A stretch of 24,336 bases of DNA from a virus, in the IMG/VR virus record IMGVR_UViG_3300031867_000025, positions 70,150-94,485 of that record. One strand, written 5' to 3'. The notes beneath the pieces were generated by a model that was not told the DNA's origin, searched no databases, and saw nothing but the letters and a program-made list of their open reading frames with translations. This document shows, piece by piece, positions 20,507-24,336 of this stretch. The position numbers were made by a program, and so were the translations under genes. The stretch's first letter is position 1; the number at the start of each line of letters is the position of its first letter.

Positions 20507-23500
20507 ATGAGTGATATAACTCAAAATTTATTAGATACAATATCAATGATAGCAGCCCATGCTGTATCTAATGCTTAGTTTGATAGAACAATACAGGCGG
20601 TAATTGTATCTTGTGAAGATTAGGCGTTAGGAAAATATAAAGTTAAATATCAAGATTCTTTATGGATGGCTTATAATAATAATTCTACTACAAAATATAG
20701 CGCAGGAACTAGCGTATATGTGCTTGTGCCTGGAAATAATATGTCAAAAAATAAAACAATTATAGGTACAGTTAGTGCATTAGGAGAAAATTACATTAAT
20801 TATATTAGTAATGAATAGAATTATATTGAAAATGGAAATAGTATTGTAGAAATGTCAGAAGAAACAGAATATGGATTATGTTCTTATGAAATAGAAGATA
20901 GTAAAACTTTAATAGGAGAAGAAGGTTTTATACTAAATACCGATGCGGCTAATGAATATTTAAGTACGTCTGAATATATATTATTAAAAGCTGATTTCCG
21001 CACTAATCTTGCAAAAGAGCAACGTCGCGCAGGTAACTATGGTTTAAAAGCAAGATTGATATTTAAAACACAAGAAGATCCAAACAAAACATATGGAATG
21101 GATTACGTATTAGATATAGATAATATGGTTGGTAATCCATATTTATTATCTGCTCCACTAACTCAAAAAGCATATTTTCCTATTGATGGAGCAAATTTTG
21201 TTAGAGTTGAATCAATTAGTATTTTTAGTGAGGGATTTATTAACCATATAGCAAATAAATCTGATGACATTTTCGTTTCTGGTATAGAAATAATAGGCGC
21301 AAATACTTTAACAGAATAGGAAAAACAAGGTATTTCTTTACGTTTTAAACGTCCAAAAGGATATATTTTTACTTCAGCCGATAATTCTTAGGCTATAAAA
21401 ACAGTAATTGCACAGATTAGAGTGGCAAATAAATTATTAACGTCTACTGAAAATGTAGAATATTATTGGTTTAAACAAAATATAACTGTTGAGGCGGGTA
21501 GTCAACGTTATAGTAAAGCTGGTGGAAAAGGTTGGGAATGTTTAAATTAGTTGAATACATCATAGGCAACAGATATTAAATTTTTACCTGGAATAGATAC
21601 ATTTACAATTAAAAAAGCGGATGCTATAGCGGAACATACTAAATTTAAATGTGTTGTTGTTTATGATGGAAAAGAAATTTCTAATACTTTTGAAATAATA
21701 AATAAAGATTCTCAGTATATTATTGAAATAATTTGTGATCAGTAGCCAGTCTTTTATCCAAATGTAGATACTTTACATTTAACTTGTTTAGTTAAAAATC
21801 GTTAGGATGGGTCTGAAACAACAGGGGTAGCATATAATTGGAGATTAATAACTTAGCATAATACTTATTATTCATTAAGTGAAACTACTAACGTTTTAAC
21901 TATACAATCTGATAGTATACGTAATTATAATGATTATTATTGTTCAATATATAATTCAGGAACTTTAATTGGAACGGCAACTTTAAGAGTAACAAAAAAT
22001 GCAGAACCATAGAATAGATATATTCTTTCTTTAGTAAATGGAACACAAGTATTTAATTATGATGAAATGGGACATAGTCCTTATGATATATATCGTCAAG
22101 CGGGAAGAACTATCCCGCAGCTTAGCTTTACTGTTGCGGATGTTGTAACCGGAGCAGATGTAACAAATTAGGTTAAAGATATCATATGGACAATTCCATT
22201 AAAAAATACTTTATTGACTGATGAAAATCAAGCAGAAGGACAAATGAGTGAAAACGGAGAATATAAAGAATATACTAATTTACAAGATTTTACGTATGGT
22301 ATTGATAGTAGATATTATCATAATTTTACTAATAATGAAATTAAATTAAAAGTAATTATTCATGGGATAGAATTGTATGCAAAAACTAATTTTACATTTA
22401 CAAAAGAAGGAGATCCTGGTACTAATGGAACTGATATAATTTGTAAAATTGTAGCATCAAAAGATGATAATATTGTTCCTGGTTGGCTAATTGCGGATTA
22501 TAAAAGAGGAACATATAATTGGGATAATATGATTGTTTAGTTGTGGCGGAATGGATAGAGAATTTTTGGAAGCAGAACAAGTCGCGCCAAAGCTAATAAT
22601 TAGCCAGAAATTAAAGTTACTTGGGAATTTTTAAGTAATACGGATAAAACATTGTGGTTTAAGATCCCAGAAGGCGCCTCTACTATTACAGATCATCAAG
22701 ATGCAACAGAAAATAAGGTAGTGCTTTTTAATGATAAGACATTGTCTATGAATTCATTAAATTGGACTGAGGTAGATGGTTACCCCGCCAATATACTAAA
22801 AGTGACAGTGTAGTATGATCAAAATAGAAAGTATTATGATACTCGTCCTATTGTTACCGTATTTGAAGAATCTTCTACCAGTAATGAAGTTACTTTAGAA
22901 TCTTATTCCGGTTTTTAGTATGCAGTATATTCGGAAGATGGTGAAAATCCATTATATGATGATTTAAATCCTTTTACTATTGTACAATCTGCGAGTAGTC
23001 GATAGAATGTAACATGGTCAGTTATAGGATCTGTAAGATCTGGATATGAGAAATTTGCAGCTATTTCCGCATCTAATTTTGAAATAGACAGATTTAAAAA
23101 TAGTCAAAATAATATTACAGATAGTAATGGAGATAAAATGTATTTTAGACCTAAGCCTACTTATGATGGGTTATGTGTTACAAATGCTATTTTGGCTAAA
23201 GGTTCTCATTTTTGGTTGCATATTCCTATACATTTAATGTATAACAGATATGGGCATAAACAGTTAAATGATTGGGATGGAAATTCAATTGTAATGAATG
23301 ATAAAGAAGGATAGGATCATTATATTTTAACTCCTCAAATTGGAGCTGGTATGAAAAATTCAGAGGACAACACTTTTACTGGATTAATGATGGGTACAAC
23401 TAAGGTGATTACTGGCGATCCGGATGGTTATACTATATAGACTGGATTGCTTGGGTATAATAATGGAGAAAGAACAATATTTTTAGATGCTAAGACTGGT

Positions 23501-24336
23501 AAAGCTGAATTTGGAAGAGCAGATACTGGAAGAATTATTATTGACCCTTCTCAACAAAAAGAAGGAAAACCTCAAGCTTTAATATATGGAGGTGTTTATA
23601 GAGAAAAGGGTATTGACGATGATTAGGGGTCTGGTATGATCATTAATTTAACCAAACCTTCTATTGAATTTGGCTCTAAAAAATTTACTGTAGATGAACA
23701 AGCATTTACAGTTGGTGAAGATAAAATTATTTACGACATGGATAAAAACAAATTATCTTTAAAATTAGATGAATTTTCTTTAGGAGGTAAAGACTTATAG
23801 GAAATAGTTGATGAAGCTGATAATTTTTTATTAGATGCGAAAGGATTATCTAGTACCTATTGGACAATAGTTGGTACTTTAGAAGATAATCAAGATGATC
23901 CATTTGGAAAAAAAGGAGCTTGTTTGTTATCTCCTGAATCTGGAAAAAGCGCATATATACAAGCAAAAAAAGATAATAATAATCCTTTTAAAGAATTAGG
24001 TAGACGTTATCAGCTATCTGTATGGTTAAAAACATCAACATCAAATAATTCTAATAATTCAATAGATATTTATTTTAATGGAGTGGCACATACTGTAACT
24101 CCAACAAATATTTGGAAACAATATAGTTTTGAACAATAGGTAACTACTTTAAATACTAGTTATCCCAATGATCTTGTAACAATTGGTGGACAATCTTCTT
24201 TTTCATCTTCTGATGGATATAATTTATATATATATAATCCTTATGTATCTTTTGTAGAAACTCAATTAGAAATTTTTAATAGATTAACAAATGATGGAGC
24301 TGCTCAAGGTATACAATTAAAGAATGGGTAGCTATA
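20507..24336 (+). CDS. very large tail-tip / receptor-binding protein (distal-tail/tail-fibre-like; at least 1276 codons, 3' partial), 24 in-frame TAG
   Basis: ATG 20507 with RBS AAGGAGGtttaatatATG. Track ORFs 20852.., 22214.. and 23924.. are all in frame 2. Codon-by-codon checks of the joins show TAG only. The C-terminal visible part (…YQLSVWLKTSTSNNSNNSIDIYFNGVAHTVTPTNIWKQYSFEQ…) resembles a beta-sandwich carbohydrate-binding module. The frame continues beyond the window end. Confidence 0.6.

Noticed and set aside
1-24336. tRNA (including suppressor tRNA), CRISPR array, integrase or other mobile-element signatures
   Set aside because: Non-coding space is limited to short RBS, terminator and promoter gaps. 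No cloverleaf-capable 70-90 nt segment or repeat-spacer array was seen. A suppressor tRNA, if present, must lie outside this window.

Overview
The window is AT-rich (roughly one third GC by eye) and every convincing gene lies on the + strand in the canonical order of a tailed-phage (siphovirus-like) morphogenesis module. In order: the 3' end of an upstream gene, a scaffolding protein, a small head protein, an HK97-like major capsid protein, four or five neck/connector proteins, a major tail protein, an unknown 435-aa protein, a tail-assembly chaperone, a giant tape-measure protein (3279 codons) and the start of a very large tail-tip/receptor-binding protein that runs off the window. The central observation is that these genes can only be read as intact if TAG is a sense codon. 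Long, homology-coherent reading frames are interrupted at high density by TAG and never by TAA or TGA; no frameshifts accompany these interruptions; every gene ends in TAA or TGA. Context evidence, including TAG sitting inside CAA-rich poly-Gln runs, points to TAG=Gln (translation table 15-like). The supplied standard-code ORF track therefore shatters the real genes: the tape-measure gene appears as about 14 ORFs of 60 aa or more plus many smaller fragments. TAG use is strongly partitioned. It is absent from the capsid, head-auxiliary, major-tail and chaperone genes and dense in the neck, tape-measure and tail-tip genes. Strong AGGAGG-type Shine-Dalgarno sites suggest a low-GC Firmicutes host. 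Regulatory architecture read directly from the sequence: Rho-independent terminators after the capsid and major-tail genes; a textbook consensus promoter with extended -10 in front of the chaperone; and a 17-bp-stem terminator between the chaperone and the tape-measure gene, flanked by an exact 14-nt direct repeat. No tRNA, CRISPR or minus-strand genes were found.
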